From the IMG/VR virus record IMGVR_UViG_3300034149_000104, positions 1 to 28,550 of that record: DNA of 28,550 bases; one strand, written 5' to 3'. Under the pieces are notes generated by a model, which saw nothing but the letters and a program-made list of their open reading frames with translations, was not told the origin of the DNA and searched no databases. This document shows positions 8,447-17,215 of the stretch, piece by piece (positions within the stretch are counted from its first letter, which is position 1; every line of letters begins with the position of its first letter). Made by a program: the position numbers and the translations under genes. The stretch comes from a virus (lineage: Duplodnaviria > Caudoviricetes).

Positions 8447-8955
8447 AGCGACTCGACGACCGCTACCGCGTGGTCCGCACCGATGGCCGCAGCGCGCCCG
8501 GCGAGAAGCACGCGGACTGCTCCTACTTCGTCCTCGACCTCACCCACGACCGCTACACGGTCCCCGCCGTGCGCGCCTACGCCGACGCTGTCCGCCTGGA
8601 ACACCCCGGCCTCGCCGCCGACCTGGACGCCCTGATCGTCGACGCCGTCTCCCGCTTCGACTTCGCGCACGCTGACGACGCCCCCGGCGGCGACCTCACC
8701 GACCCGCCCCACCGCCGCCTCGTCGCCGACGTCGCCGGCCGCGTCCTGGGCGAACTGACCGAGGACGGCCGAATCCGGCTCCTCGACGATCCGCCCGGGG
8801 CCGCGACCTGGCCCGCCGACCCGTCCGACCTCGTCTGGTCCCATGACGGGCCCATGCGGTGGTCGGACCCCGCCGCCGATCCCCCTGGCGACGTACTGGC
8901 CGTGGCTGCCGCGATGCGCGCCGCCGAGGGGACCAGGCCGCCACCCCGCGCCTAG
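8443..8955 (+). CDS. Conserved phage hypothetical protein
   Basis: YRVVRTDG...KHADCSYFVLDLTHD...AYA motif familiar from phage proteins. Confidence 0.7.
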   Translation: MKRLDDRYRVVRTDGRSAPGEKHADCSYFVLDLTHDRYTVPAVRAYADAVRLEHPGLAADLDALIVDAVSRFDFAHADDAPGGDLTDPPHRRLVADVAGRVLGELTEDGRIRLLDDPPGAATWPADPSDLVWSHDGPMRWSDPAADPPGDVLAVAAAMRAAEGTRPPPRA

Positions 8956-8964
8956 CCTCGCCCG

Positions 8965-9630
8965 GTGCTCGTCTATCACGCCGAGGTCCCCTGGCCCGAC
9001 CTCGCCGTAGTCCGAGCCTGGGACCTCGCCTCGACGAAGCCGACGAAGGCGAACCGCGACCCCGACTGGACCGCCGGGCTCCTCTACGGGGCGGCCGATG
9101 GCGAGTTCTACGTCCTCGACGTGACCCGCTTCCGGGAGACCCCGCCCGAGGGGGAGAAGCGGCTCGTCGCCGTCTCGGCCGCGGACGACGGGCTCCTGTT
9201 CCGTCGGGTCCCGATCCGAGTCGAACAGGAAGGCGGCTCCTCCGGGTCCTGGTCGATCGACGGGCTCCGGCGACGCCTGTTCGCCGGCCGCGACTTCGAT
9301 GGCGTCACCCCGAGCGCATCGAAGACCGACCGGGCCCGCCCGGTAGCGATCACCGCCTACCGCTCACATCTCCATATCCTCGACGGCCCCTGGAATGACG
9401 ACTTCCTCGACGAACTGGAACTGTTCCCCCCGGCCGCAGGCGAAGGTCACGACGATCAGGTAGACGCCCTCTCCCTCGCACACTGGTTCCTGACCGACGG
9501 CGACCGCGGCCTCTCCGGCGAGGTCGGCCCTGACGTCTCGGTCAAGGAGAACGAATGGGCCGGAGCGGGCGACGGCAGGGGCCGTCCCGGTATCGACGAT
9601 GACGCCGAGGGCGGCTGGGGGGCCCTGTAG
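8965..9630 (+). CDS. terL: Terminase large subunit, RNase H-like nuclease domain as a stand-alone gene
   Basis: RAWDLA, PDWTAG, EQEGGSSG, KTDRARP, WNDDFLDELELFP and HDDQVDA; TAGCCT-6 nt-GTG start. Confidence 0.9.
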   Translation: MLVYHAEVPWPDLAVVRAWDLASTKPTKANRDPDWTAGLLYGAADGEFYVLDVTRFRETPPEGEKRLVAVSAADDGLLFRRVPIRVEQEGGSSGSWSIDGLRRRLFAGRDFDGVTPSASKTDRARPVAITAYRSHLHILDGPWNDDFLDELELFPPAAGEGHDDQVDALSLAHWFLTDGDRGLSGEVGPDVSVKENEWAGAGDGRGRPGIDDDAEGGWGAL

Positions 9631-9641
9631 CATCCCGACTC

Positions 9642-9788
9642 ATGGCTGCTCCCGACGACTTCGACCCCGAGGCGATCCCCGAGTACCCGGGTCCCGGCGG
9701 ACCCCACGACGAGAGAGGCATGGACGTCGCCGCCGACCTTCATGCCGCGGTCGTCGCCGCCGAGGCCGCGGAGACCGAGCCCGCCTGA
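9642..9788 (+). CDS. 48-aa acidic peptide (MAAPDDFDPE...), not in the ORF track
   Basis: TAGCAT(9628)-8 nt-ATG; TGATG coupling to the endolysin. Confidence 0.55.
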   Translation: MAAPDDFDPEAIPEYPGPGGPHDERGMDVAADLHAAVVAAEAAETEPA

Positions 9789-10642
9789 TGGCCCTCTACC
9801 CGTTCGGCTACGCCGGCAACCCGCAGGGGATGGGGACGCTCCTCACGATCGAGCAGTACGACACGCTCCGCACCATCCGTCAGTTGAACTTTGAGATGTG
9901 GCGGCGCACCCGGGCGCTCATGATCTACGCCGGCTCCGTCGGAGTCCCCCTCGGCGTCGGGACCGGTTGGCGCATCCAGCCCAACCCGCCTCCCCCCGGC
10001 TTCGCGTCGCCCGGCAACTCCAACCATGAGGGCTTCCCCGCCGATGGCGTCTCCGGTGGTGCGGTCGCCGCCGATATGGTCCCCGCCCCCTCCTGGCCGT
10101 GGATGGAGGCCCACCTGGCAGCGTTCGGGCTCAGGTCGTTCCGGAACGTCAACAGCGAGCCGTGGCATATCCAGCCGTGGGAGATACCGGCATCCCGCAA
10201 CTACCGGCGGGCTCCGTGGGTCCTCGCCCCGTTCCCGCTGCCCGGCGCGCCCACCCCGCCGAACCCCGTCCACTACAACCCGGCCGCCGATCAGTGGGGC
10301 CTGTTCCCGATCGACAGGAACAAGCCGACGCTGTCGTGGCTGTCAGGATTCGCCCCGGCGGCGACCGTCGCATGGCAGCCGCAGGTCACCTACTTCAACC
10401 ATGTGCTCGTGTTCAAGTGCCGGCAGCCGATCAAGGCCCCCTATGCGGTCTACACCGGGGCCGAGCCCGACAACCCGAACACGGCGGTCGGTGAGGGCGG
10501 CTCGATCTGGGCGCAACGCAACGTCCGCAACTTCTTCGACCCGCAGAACGCGAACAGGGCCGCCGCCGAGGAGGCATGGTACGGCGTGTGCGGTCCGGCG
10601 ACGTGGGGCCTGATCGACGCGATCGCGACGAACTTCCGCTGA
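9788..10642 (+). CDS. Endolysin, M15-like Zn peptidase with C-terminal peptidoglycan-binding-like region
   Basis: GWR, ASPGNSNH, AADM and EPWHIQ motifs; C-terminal GVCGPATW. Confidence 0.8.
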   Translation: MALYPFGYAGNPQGMGTLLTIEQYDTLRTIRQLNFEMWRRTRALMIYAGSVGVPLGVGTGWRIQPNPPPPGFASPGNSNHEGFPADGVSGGAVAADMVPAPSWPWMEAHLAAFGLRSFRNVNSEPWHIQPWEIPASRNYRRAPWVLAPFPLPGAPTPPNPVHYNPAADQWGLFPIDRNKPTLSWLSGFAPAATVAWQPQVTYFNHVLVFKCRQPIKAPYAVYTGAEPDNPNTAVGEGGSIWAQRNVRNFFDPQNANRAAAEEAWYGVCGPATWGLIDAIATNFR

Positions 10643-10643
10643 C

Positions 10644-11624
10644 GTGGCCGCCCTCCCCGGGGACGTCCTCGACTGGTCCGGCTATCGGCCCTCGCAGGCC
10701 ACGCTCGACTCCATGCCGGGCCTCGGCATCGTCGGCGTCTACCGCTACCTGTCGTCGCTCGACCCCGTCGATAAGACAGCGTGGAAGGTCCTCGGCCCGG
10801 ATGAAGACGCGATGCTCGACGCCGCCGGCCTCCCTGTGTCTCTCGTCTGGGAGTTTCACGCCGACTCATGGCGGGGCGGCTTCCCCGTCGGCCGCACCTA
10901 CGGTCGGGAGGCGCGCCGGCAGGCCCGCCTCCTCGGCCGGCCCGACACGACCCCGGTAGCGCTCGCCTTCGACGACAACCTCCAACCGGGAGACCTGACC
11001 GTCGCCCTAGAACACCAGTCCGGCTACCTCGACGGTCACGGCCTCGGCCCGCAGCCGATCTACGGTCAGGCGTGGCTTATCGACGAGATGGTGAGTCGAG
11101 GCCTCGCGCCGTGGGGCTGGCAGTCGGCGTCGACCGGCTATCACGACAACGCCCGCCTCAGCCCCAACGCCCGCCTCCGGCAGCAGGTCGGATCGACGTA
11201 CCCGCTCCCCCCGAAGTCGCATGACGTCAATACCCGCTATCACCCCGACTGGGGTCAGTACCCGAAGGAGCCCGAGATGCCCGACTACTCCCTATGGCGC
11301 GACGGATCGGGGACCGTCTGGCGTGTCGCTAGCAACGCTCAGTCGAAGGTGCCGACCTCGGGGCTGGCGCTCGACGTCGATATGTTCTGGCTCGGCGCGG
11401 GCGCGCAGATCGTCGACGGGTCGGCCGCGAATCTGACCGCCTGGCTGGCGACGATCCCGAACGGGAGGGCGGCCGTCGAGAACAGCGCGGCGGCGGCGGG
11501 CGCGGCGGCGAGCGCGGCGACATCGGCGGCCGCCGCGAAGGCCGCGGCTGACGTCGCCGCGGCGCAGGCTAAGTCCGTGTCTGATCGGCTCGCCGCCGGA
11601 GTGACGCTCCGGGCGACCGCCTAG
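10644..11624 (+). CDS. DUF1906/Rv2525c-like (GH25-like) peptidoglycan hydrolase
   Basis: GVYRYLS, GLPVSLVWE, LAFDDN, IYG, WGWQS, LRQ, DVN and DWGQ; Ala-rich tail. Confidence 0.82.
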   Translation: MAALPGDVLDWSGYRPSQATLDSMPGLGIVGVYRYLSSLDPVDKTAWKVLGPDEDAMLDAAGLPVSLVWEFHADSWRGGFPVGRTYGREARRQARLLGRPDTTPVALAFDDNLQPGDLTVALEHQSGYLDGHGLGPQPIYGQAWLIDEMVSRGLAPWGWQSASTGYHDNARLSPNARLRQQVGSTYPLPPKSHDVNTRYHPDWGQYPKEPEMPDYSLWRDGSGTVWRVASNAQSKVPTSGLALDVDMFWLGAGAQIVDGSAANLTAWLATIPNGRAAVENSAAAAGAAASAATSAAAAKAAADVAAAQAKSVSDRLAAGVTLRATA

Positions 11625-11863
11625 GGGAGCCTGGTCGGTTCGACCCTGTCGGACGGATAGTCGATCCCGGCGGCCCGGTAGGCGGCCGCGATCGCTGTGA
11701 GGGCCGCCGAGTAGGACGAGAAGCGCGCTCCCCGCTCCGGGATCGGCACGAATCGGAGCGCACGGCCCTCTGTGGGGCTCCACCAGACGCGCCGCTCGCC
11801 GGGTCCTCTCTCCGCCGGCCAGAGTTGGGAGACGCCGTAGAAGCCCTTCGGGGGGCGCTTCAC
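11621..11863 (-). CDS. Hypothetical protein
   Basis: Last gene of a coupled minus-strand cassette. Confidence 0.55.
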   Translation of the reverse strand: MKRPPKGFYGVSQLWPAERGPGERRVWWSPTEGRALRFVPIPERGARFSSYSAALTAIAAAYRAAGIDYPSDRVEPTRLP

Positions 11864-12090
11864 GATACCTCGACCGTGACCGTGACCCGGAGGGCGCTCG
11901 GGGGCTCGTGGGTGGCCTCCCAGCGGCGCATGACCCGGGTCCCGACCCAGGCCATGAGGCTCTCGTTCAGGTCCTCCATGGCGTCGGCCGAGAAGGTCCG
12001 GCCCTCCTCGATCGTGACCCGGACGACCTCCACGTCAATGGCGGGTCCCGGGAGCGCCATCATGGCGTCCCACTTGTCCTGGGCGCTCAC
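11860..12090 (-). CDS. Hypothetical protein (VSAQDKW...)
   Basis: GGAGG RBS; GTGA overlaps. Confidence 0.6.
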   Translation of the reverse strand: MSAQDKWDAMMALPGPAIDVEVVRVTIEEGRTFSADAMEDLNESLMAWVGTRVMRRWEATHEPPSALRVTVTVEVS

Positions 12091-12341
12091 GGTCGGACCT
12101 CCTCGACGGCGAGGAGCCGTGAGGCTGGGCTGAACCGGCGACGCCACCATTCGGGGCGGCCGGCGTCGTCGGCGTTCGGGTCCCATCGGACCTCGACGCA
12201 GTCCGGGGCGCAGGCGGTCCGGCCGCAGCCGGCGAGGTCCGTGACGGTCCCGAGTCGTTCGGGGCGGGCCTGTCGGACGCGGGACCCGACGTCGAGGGGG
12301 ACGCCCTCGGCGTCGAGCCGGGCGACGGGGAGCCCGGTCAT
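12087..12341 (-). CDS. Hypothetical SH3-like small protein
   Basis: VGSRV...GTV...VEVRWD pattern; coupled. Confidence 0.6.
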   Translation of the reverse strand: MTGLPVARLDAEGVPLDVGSRVRQARPERLGTVTDLAGCGRTACAPDCVEVRWDPNADDAGRPEWWRRRFSPASRLLAVEEVRP

Positions 12342-12595
12342 CCGAAGACGACCAGCGGGGCGACCGGGGCGGGCTGGCCGTGGACCCGACAGAAGGGGAC
12401 GATCGTCTCGCGGGTCCCGGTCAGGGGGGCGACGACGTAGGCGGTCAGGGTCTTGTCGACGATGACGCCGACGTTCGCGACCGTGGTCCCGAGGGGGAGG
12501 AACCCGGCCGGGATGGCGGCGGCCTGGTGGGTGGTGATGAAGGCGGGGACGTCGGCCATGAGGGCCTCCTCGGGTCGGGGAGCGGTGGTGCTCAC
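12338..12595 (-). CDS. Hypothetical protein (alternative start ATG 12559)
   Basis: GTG 7 nt after the -10 hexamer; GAGGAGG precedes the internal ATG. Confidence 0.6.
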   Translation of the reverse strand: MSTTAPRPEEALMADVPAFITTHQAAAIPAGFLPLGTTVANVGVIVDKTLTAYVVAPLTGTRETIVPFCRVHGQPAPVAPLVVFG

Positions 12596-12631
12596 GACAC
12601 GCACTCTAGCGCCGCCCCGTAATCCTGTCAA
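12593..12631 (-). promoter_or_regulatory. Class A promoter, copy 2 (leftward)
   Basis: TTGACA(12631)-17 nt-TAGAGT(12608)-7 nt-GTG. Confidence 0.8.
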
Positions 12632-12653
12632 GCGGAATCTCCGACGACACTAC

Positions 12654-12692
12654 TTGACGCCCTCGGCTCGATCCGCTAGAGTGCCTGTCATG
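12654..12692 (+). promoter_or_regulatory. Class A promoter, copy 3 (rightward, divergent from copy 2)
   Basis: TTGACG(12654)-17 nt-TAGAGT(12677)-7 nt-ATG(12690). Confidence 0.85.
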
Positions 12693-12998
12693 AGCACCAC
12701 CTACACCTACCGCCCCTCCGTCGAGGCCCCCGAGGATTCCCTCGACCTCGACGCCTACACGATCGACGCCGTCCGCACCCCGCAGGGCTGGCTCCCCGTC
12801 TATGACCGAAACGTCGAGGCCCTCGTTCGGTCCGCCGATTCCGTCATCCTCGGCGATGACGCCGGCCGGGCCCTCGGCCTGGTCGTCCCCTTCTCCTGGC
12901 TAGAGCGGATCGAGCCCGAGCCGTGGACCGACGAGGACCGCCGCCAGGCCGAGGCCGACGCCCGCTACGTCGAGATGAGAGACGAGCCCTGGCGATGA
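12690..12998 (+). CDS. Hypothetical protein (MSTTYTY...)
   Basis: Leaderless start. Confidence 0.7.
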   Translation: MSTTYTYRPSVEAPEDSLDLDAYTIDAVRTPQGWLPVYDRNVEALVRSADSVILGDDAGRALGLVVPFSWLERIEPEPWTDEDRRQAEADARYVEMRDEPWR

Positions 12999-13231
12999 CC
13001 GTCATCCGGTACACCCCGCCCCGCACCGGCTACGACCGCGGGCCCGCCCTCGACCGTCTCCGCTGTACCGACTGCGGCGACGAGCGCGACGTCCCCGCGA
13101 CCCTGACCGTCGTCCTCACGTCCTCGGGTCACCAGTGCCACGTCGCCGAATGGCCCCTCCCCGAGCCCCTCGTCCCGGCCTGCCTCGGCCGCCCGATCCG
13201 ACCCCGACCACAGGAGGTCCCCGCATCATGA
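12995..13231 (+). CDS. Small Cys-containing protein
   Basis: ATGA overlap; CTDC. Confidence 0.6.
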   Translation: MTVIRYTPPRTGYDRGPALDRLRCTDCGDERDVPATLTVVLTSSGHQCHVAEWPLPEPLVPACLGRPIRPRPQEVPAS

Positions 13232-13506
13232 CCCCATCGTCCGGCCCGACCCGATGGCGGCAAGCCGCGCTCGCCGTCATGGTCTCTCACAACGACACAA
13301 TGCGCGCCCTGATCGGTAGCCGCTGGCGGCCGCCGGGCTGGACCCGCTGGAACGGTGAGGTCATCCCGAAGCCCGAGCACACCCCGGCCGCCCTCCGCTA
13401 CACGGCCAGCGTGCTCCACCTGGAAGCGTACCGGCTCGACTCGCTCGCCCGTCAGTGCGAGAACCGCGCCGTGCAGATCGAAGGAGCCGACCATGCAACG
13501 TCGTGA
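13228..13506 (+). CDS. Hypothetical protein
   Basis: AGGAGG RBS; ATGA overlap. Confidence 0.6.
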   Translation: MTPSSGPTRWRQAALAVMVSHNDTMRALIGSRWRPPGWTRWNGEVIPKPEHTPAALRYTASVLHLEAYRLDSLARQCENRAVQIEGADHATS

Positions 13507-14191
13507 CCTGACCCCGGGAGAGGACTACGCCTACCTCCGGAACTACTCCCGCCGCTTCGACCCGGACCGCGACCTCGGCCGCTGCACCCGAGTGACCCTC
13601 GATCACTTCTCCAACGGCTACCCGGTCGTCGTCTTCCGCGACGTCGCTAACTTCCGGTCCTTCGCCGACGAGAAGGAAGCCCGCGACTACATCGCCGAGC
13701 ACGGCCTCACGGTGGAGCCCATACATCGCCCCCAATCCCGCTGGTCGTGGACCGTCCAATGGGTCGCCGACGAGGAGCCCCGAACCGTCAGCATCCGCGA
13801 ACTCCGCGCCCCCTGGGCCGTCGCCGCCCCCTACGTCGCCGCTAAGGCCGTAGCCGACGCGGAGGCCGTCCGGGTCCGCGAGGAACGTGAGGCCCTCGAC
13901 CGTGCGACGCGAGCAGCGGAACTAGCCGACCATCAGAGAGTCTCGGCGCTCAGGGAGGACGCCCGCGCCGCGGTCCGTGCCCGCTTCGGGCTCGCCCCGC
14001 ATGACCACCGCGCCAACGTCTCCGGCGATGGGGCCGGGACCTTCCTCGGGTCCCTGTCGCTCCGCATCGACGACCTCGACGCCCTCGCCGCCGGCCTCGA
14101 CGACCCCGAACAGGTCGACTGGTACGCCGTCCTCGACCTCCCCCGGCCGGCCCCCTCGTCCGCCCCCGGAGCAGGATGGGCGACATCATGA
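13493..14191 (+). CDS. Hypothetical protein with coiled coil
   Basis: AAGGAG RBS before MQRRDL. Confidence 0.7.
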   Translation: MQRRDLTPGEDYAYLRNYSRRFDPDRDLGRCTRVTLDHFSNGYPVVVFRDVANFRSFADEKEARDYIAEHGLTVEPIHRPQSRWSWTVQWVADEEPRTVSIRELRAPWAVAAPYVAAKAVADAEAVRVREEREALDRATRAAELADHQRVSALREDARAAVRARFGLAPHDHRANVSGDGAGTFLGSLSLRIDDLDALAAGLDDPEQVDWYAVLDLPRPAPSSAPGAGWATS

Positions 14192-14589
14192 ACCCGATAC
14201 TCGATCAGCGACTCACGCCGCCCGACCGTGACGGCCACCGCCACTGGATCACCTACGGCCGCGGTCGACCCGCCGCCGACGCCCCGCCCCGAGTCGGCGG
14301 CGGTATCCACGGCATCCGGGCCGCCCGCCGCGCCGTCTGGTCCGCCGCCGGTCACCCTGACCCGCCCCCCGGGAGCGCTCCCCGACCGACCTGCGCCGAT
14401 CCGGAGTGCTGCGCCCCCGATCATCTCGCCCTCACGGCACGTCGGCCCGGGCTCCCACCCGGCGAGACGATGCTCCTGATCCGCGCCGACGATCAGACGC
14501 CCGGCGTCGACCTCGCCCGCCGGCTTGGCGTGTCCCGGCAGTACGTCTCGCAGGTCCGGCCCGGCCGGTTCCCTCGGGTGTCCTCGTGA
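14188..14589 (+). CDS. Divergent HNH/His-Me homing-endonuclease-like protein with C-terminal HTH
   Basis: RAVW...TCADPECCAPDHL and LARRLGVSRQYVSQV. Confidence 0.65.
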   Translation: MNPILDQRLTPPDRDGHRHWITYGRGRPAADAPPRVGGGIHGIRAARRAVWSAAGHPDPPPGSAPRPTCADPECCAPDHLALTARRPGLPPGETMLLIRADDQTPGVDLARRLGVSRQYVSQVRPGRFPRVSS

Positions 14590-14924
14590 CCGGCTGGAAG
14601 GGCCGTGGGCCTCGGGGCCGGTACACGGCGGAGGAGAGGGCGCGGAACGAGGCGAACGCCGCACGGTTCGATATGGCGATCACCCGTTACCGGGTCCGCG
14701 TCTGGCTTGAAGGGGCGGAGGATCGCGCGTCGTGTCCGACGCTCGCCGAGTTGCGGGCCTGCGGCTACGACGCCGTACAGCAGCACGCCTGGATCGTCAC
14801 GACGGTCGACGGAGTGTCAACGGCGGAGTGCTTCTGTGGGTGGGCGGGGACGCCTGTCCTGTCCGAAGCCGCGGCGGAGGACGAGGCCGCGAACCACGTC
14901 GAGATTTCTACCCGGTACGGCTAG
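14586..14924 (+). CDS. Hypothetical Zn-binding protein
   Basis: H...CFCGW...AANH; GTGA overlap. Confidence 0.55.
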   Translation: MTGWKGRGPRGRYTAEERARNEANAARFDMAITRYRVRVWLEGAEDRASCPTLAELRACGYDAVQQHAWIVTTVDGVSTAECFCGWAGTPVLSEAAAEDEAANHVEISTRYG

Positions 14925-14957
14925 ACACGCCGGGCGGTACGCGCTAGAGTGTCTGTC
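14922..14957 (+). promoter_or_regulatory. Class A promoter, copy 4 (leadered)
   Basis: TAGACA(14922)-17 nt-TAGAGT(14945)-GTCTGTC; then hairpin CGGCCC/GGGCCG and AAGGAG RBS. Confidence 0.7.
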
Positions 14958-15001
14958 ACCGGCCCCGATGAGCGGGCCGCAAACCGAAGGAGCACCACCC
15001 G

Positions 15002-16126
15002 ATGTCACAAGAGTCGATGACCTGGCTCAACACCAACACCCTGATTGGCTTCACCGAGAAGCGCGGCAACGCCTGGCATTACCGGGCCGCCGATCAGGGC
15101 GACGAGCCGAACCACTACCCCGGGGCGATCCCCGTCGACGACGTCCTTCGCCGCCTGTTCAACTTCACCGCTCAGGAGCGGCTCGCCGCCGCCCTCGTCC
15201 CCTGCTCCGTCGATGACCCCGCGATGTCGTACATCGGGAAGGACGGGCTCGCCTACCGGGTCGTCGAGGTCGAGCGCGACCGCTACTGGCTCGCTTCCGA
15301 CGACGACTCCCGCCTAGGGCATCACTCCTCGGGCTACGCCGGTCACCAGTACCAGGAGTGGCTGATCGACAACGTCGCGTCGATCCTCGGCGATGAGTTG
15401 GGGATCGGCTCCGCCGGGCTCCTGTCTCACCGGGCGAAGGCGTGGGTACAGGTCGAACTGCCCGACTCGATCGAGACGCCCGAGGGGTTCACCTTCCGGC
15501 CCTTCTTCCTCGCCGGCACGTCGTTCAACGGGTCGATGGCCTCCCGCTTCAAGTTGTGCATGCAGGCCGTCGTCTGTGACAACACGCTCGACCTCGGAAT
15601 GTCCGAGGCGACCCCGACGGTCAGGGTGAAGCACTCCCGGCATTCGTCGCTCAGGATCGCCGAGACCCGCGACGCCCTTCGGCTCCTCTACACGGCGGGC
15701 GACAGCATCTCCGCCGCCATCCGGGCGCTCTGCGAGTGGGACGTGACACCGGCCGAGTTCGGTCGGGTCGTCGAGGCCGTCGTCCCGATCCCTGTCGGCC
15801 CGAAGGCAACCCCTCATGCCGTCACGATCGCTGCCCGGAAGCGTGACGCTGTCACCCGGATCGCGATGACGGACCCTCGGGCCTCGACCTGGTTCGGGAC
15901 CGCCCTCGGCGTCGTGCAGGCGTTCAACACCTACCTGCATCATGAGTCGACCGTCCGTGGAGTCGATCACCGGGCCGAGCGGAACATGGCGAACGCCCTC
16001 GACGGGTCGACCGCCAAGGCGGACGGCGAGGTCCTCGACGTCCTCGCCCGGGTCACCGGCCGCACCGATCGGCTCATGGCCGTCGCGGCGGCACTGGAAG
16101 GCGACAAGGTCGCCGTTCCGGCCTGA
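15002..16126 (+). CDS. DUF932 family phage/plasmid protein
   Basis: MSQESMTWLNTNTLIGFT..RGNAWH, HQYQEWL, SAGLL, TSFNGS, VVCDNT, KHSRHS and GVVQAFNTY. Confidence 0.88.
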   Translation: MSQESMTWLNTNTLIGFTEKRGNAWHYRAADQGDEPNHYPGAIPVDDVLRRLFNFTAQERLAAALVPCSVDDPAMSYIGKDGLAYRVVEVERDRYWLASDDDSRLGHHSSGYAGHQYQEWLIDNVASILGDELGIGSAGLLSHRAKAWVQVELPDSIETPEGFTFRPFFLAGTSFNGSMASRFKLCMQAVVCDNTLDLGMSEATPTVRVKHSRHSSLRIAETRDALRLLYTAGDSISAAIRALCEWDVTPAEFGRVVEAVVPIPVGPKATPHAVTIAARKRDAVTRIAMTDPRASTWFGTALGVVQAFNTYLHHESTVRGVDHRAERNMANALDGSTAKADGEVLDVLARVTGRTDRLMAVAAALEGDKVAVPA

Positions 16127-16129
16127 CAT

Positions 16130-16178
16130 CTTCCGGGGGGAGGGGCCGAGGTCCGCGGCGGCTCCTCTCCCCCGGAGG
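16130..16178 (+). terminator. Long GC hairpin after DUF932 (terminator or processing site)
   Basis: About 19-bp stem with one bulge and G-U pairs; no U-tract. Confidence 0.55.
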
Positions 16179-16216
16179 GCTCTAACCGTGTACCTGACGA
16201 GAGAGAGGATCGCCTC

Positions 16217-16495
16217 ATGAGTCTCCACGATCAGCAGACCCTTCCGGGGGTCGCCGAACACGCCCTAGTGGCGACGGTCGACGCGATCAGCGAAGCGTGC
16301 GACTGTGGCCCCGAGGACGAAGCGATGGCCGCCGAGTTCGACCTCGACACGCCCCGCCCGCAGGTCTGGCGCGTGTCGACCGCCGGCTGGTCCGACACGA
16401 CCGCCGGCCTATCCGTGTACGCCTGCGACCTCTGCGCGCTGCCGCTCATCGCCGCCTTCGGGACGGCCGAGGTAGCCCGCCTCCCGAACCGATGA
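16217..16495 (+). CDS. Small Zn-binding protein
   Basis: CDC...CDLC; GAGG RBS. Confidence 0.6.
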   Translation: MSLHDQQTLPGVAEHALVATVDAISEACDCGPEDEAMAAEFDLDTPRPQVWRVSTAGWSDTTAGLSVYACDLCALPLIAAFGTAEVARLPNR

Positions 16496-16752
16496 GCGAC
16501 GACCGGCTTCCCGCCATCGAAGCGGTCATCGCGATCACGACCGCCTGCGCCCATACCCGCCCCGGTGGCGACTGGTCACTCATGCGCGCCGCCCTCGAAC
16601 TGATCCCGCCGGGACAGGAACGGCGCGTGCTCGTCGGGCTCGCCTCGGTCCTCGGGTCGGTCCTCGCCGAAGCGGAAGTCCAGGGCCTCGACCTCGAAAC
16701 GTACCTGACCGCCTCCGCCCTCGGCATCTACGCAGCCCTAGGAGAATCGTGA
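16492..16752 (+). CDS. Hypothetical protein
   Basis: ATGA overlap. Confidence 0.6.
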   Translation: MSDDRLPAIEAVIAITTACAHTRPGGDWSLMRAALELIPPGQERRVLVGLASVLGSVLAEAEVQGLDLETYLTASALGIYAALGES

Positions 16753-16985
16753 GCCCCCGACAGGTCGTCGTCGCCACCGTTCCGTTCGCCGTCGAGGTCA
16801 TCGACCCCGGCCTGGCTCTCGGCGATCAGGTGGACGTCTCGATCAGCGCGCTTGTCGCCGGCCAGCGCGAGGCGACCCGGATGGTCGGGCGCGTCACGGA
16901 GACCCGCATCGGCTACGACCATGCCGGCCGACAGATTCACCGGGCGACGGTCACGGTCGCCGTCCGCGTCGAGGTCGGACCGTGA
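16749..16985 (+). CDS. Small beta-rich protein, paralog A
   Basis: GTGA overlap; similar to next ORF. Confidence 0.65.
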   Translation: MSPRQVVVATVPFAVEVIDPGLALGDQVDVSISALVAGQREATRMVGRVTETRIGYDHAGRQIHRATVTVAVRVEVGP

Positions 16986-17215
16986 CAGCGCCGCAAGAGT
17001 CGACGTCCTGGACGGCCCCGGGAATCCCGCTCCTCCTCGACGTGATCGTTTCGGGGGAAGGGCTCGACGTCGGCATGACCGTCGTTGTCTACGTCAGGAC
17101 CGGGGATCATCCGACTCCGCCCGCCATCGGGAGAGTGACCGCGATCCGTCTCGACCGGGACGGGTCGCGGCGCGCCACCGTGACCCTCCCGCTCCGCGTC
17201 GAGGTCCGGCCGTGA
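16982..17215 (+). CDS. Small beta-rich protein, paralog B
   Basis: GTGA overlap; similar to previous ORF. Confidence 0.65.
   Translation: MTAPQESTSWTAPGIPLLLDVIVSGEGLDVGMTVVVYVRTGDHPTPPAIGRVTAIRLDRDGSRRATVTLPLRVEVRP

Noticed and set aside
8953-8955. TAG readthrough fusing the 8443 ORF to the TerL nuclease (same frame)
   Set aside because: A leaderless start at 8965 explains the arrangement more simply; no readthrough evidence
7617-8965. Group I/II intron or intein interrupting terL
   Set aside because: No group I core or group II domain V motifs recognised, no RT or homing nuclease inside, structure favours the antisense strand, and the nuclease half has its own start signal. Not formally excluded without RT-PCR.
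14958-14986. Hammerhead-like CCGATGAG...AAAC
   Set aside because: Core CUGANGA and GAAA are not intact; better read as a simple 5' leader hairpin
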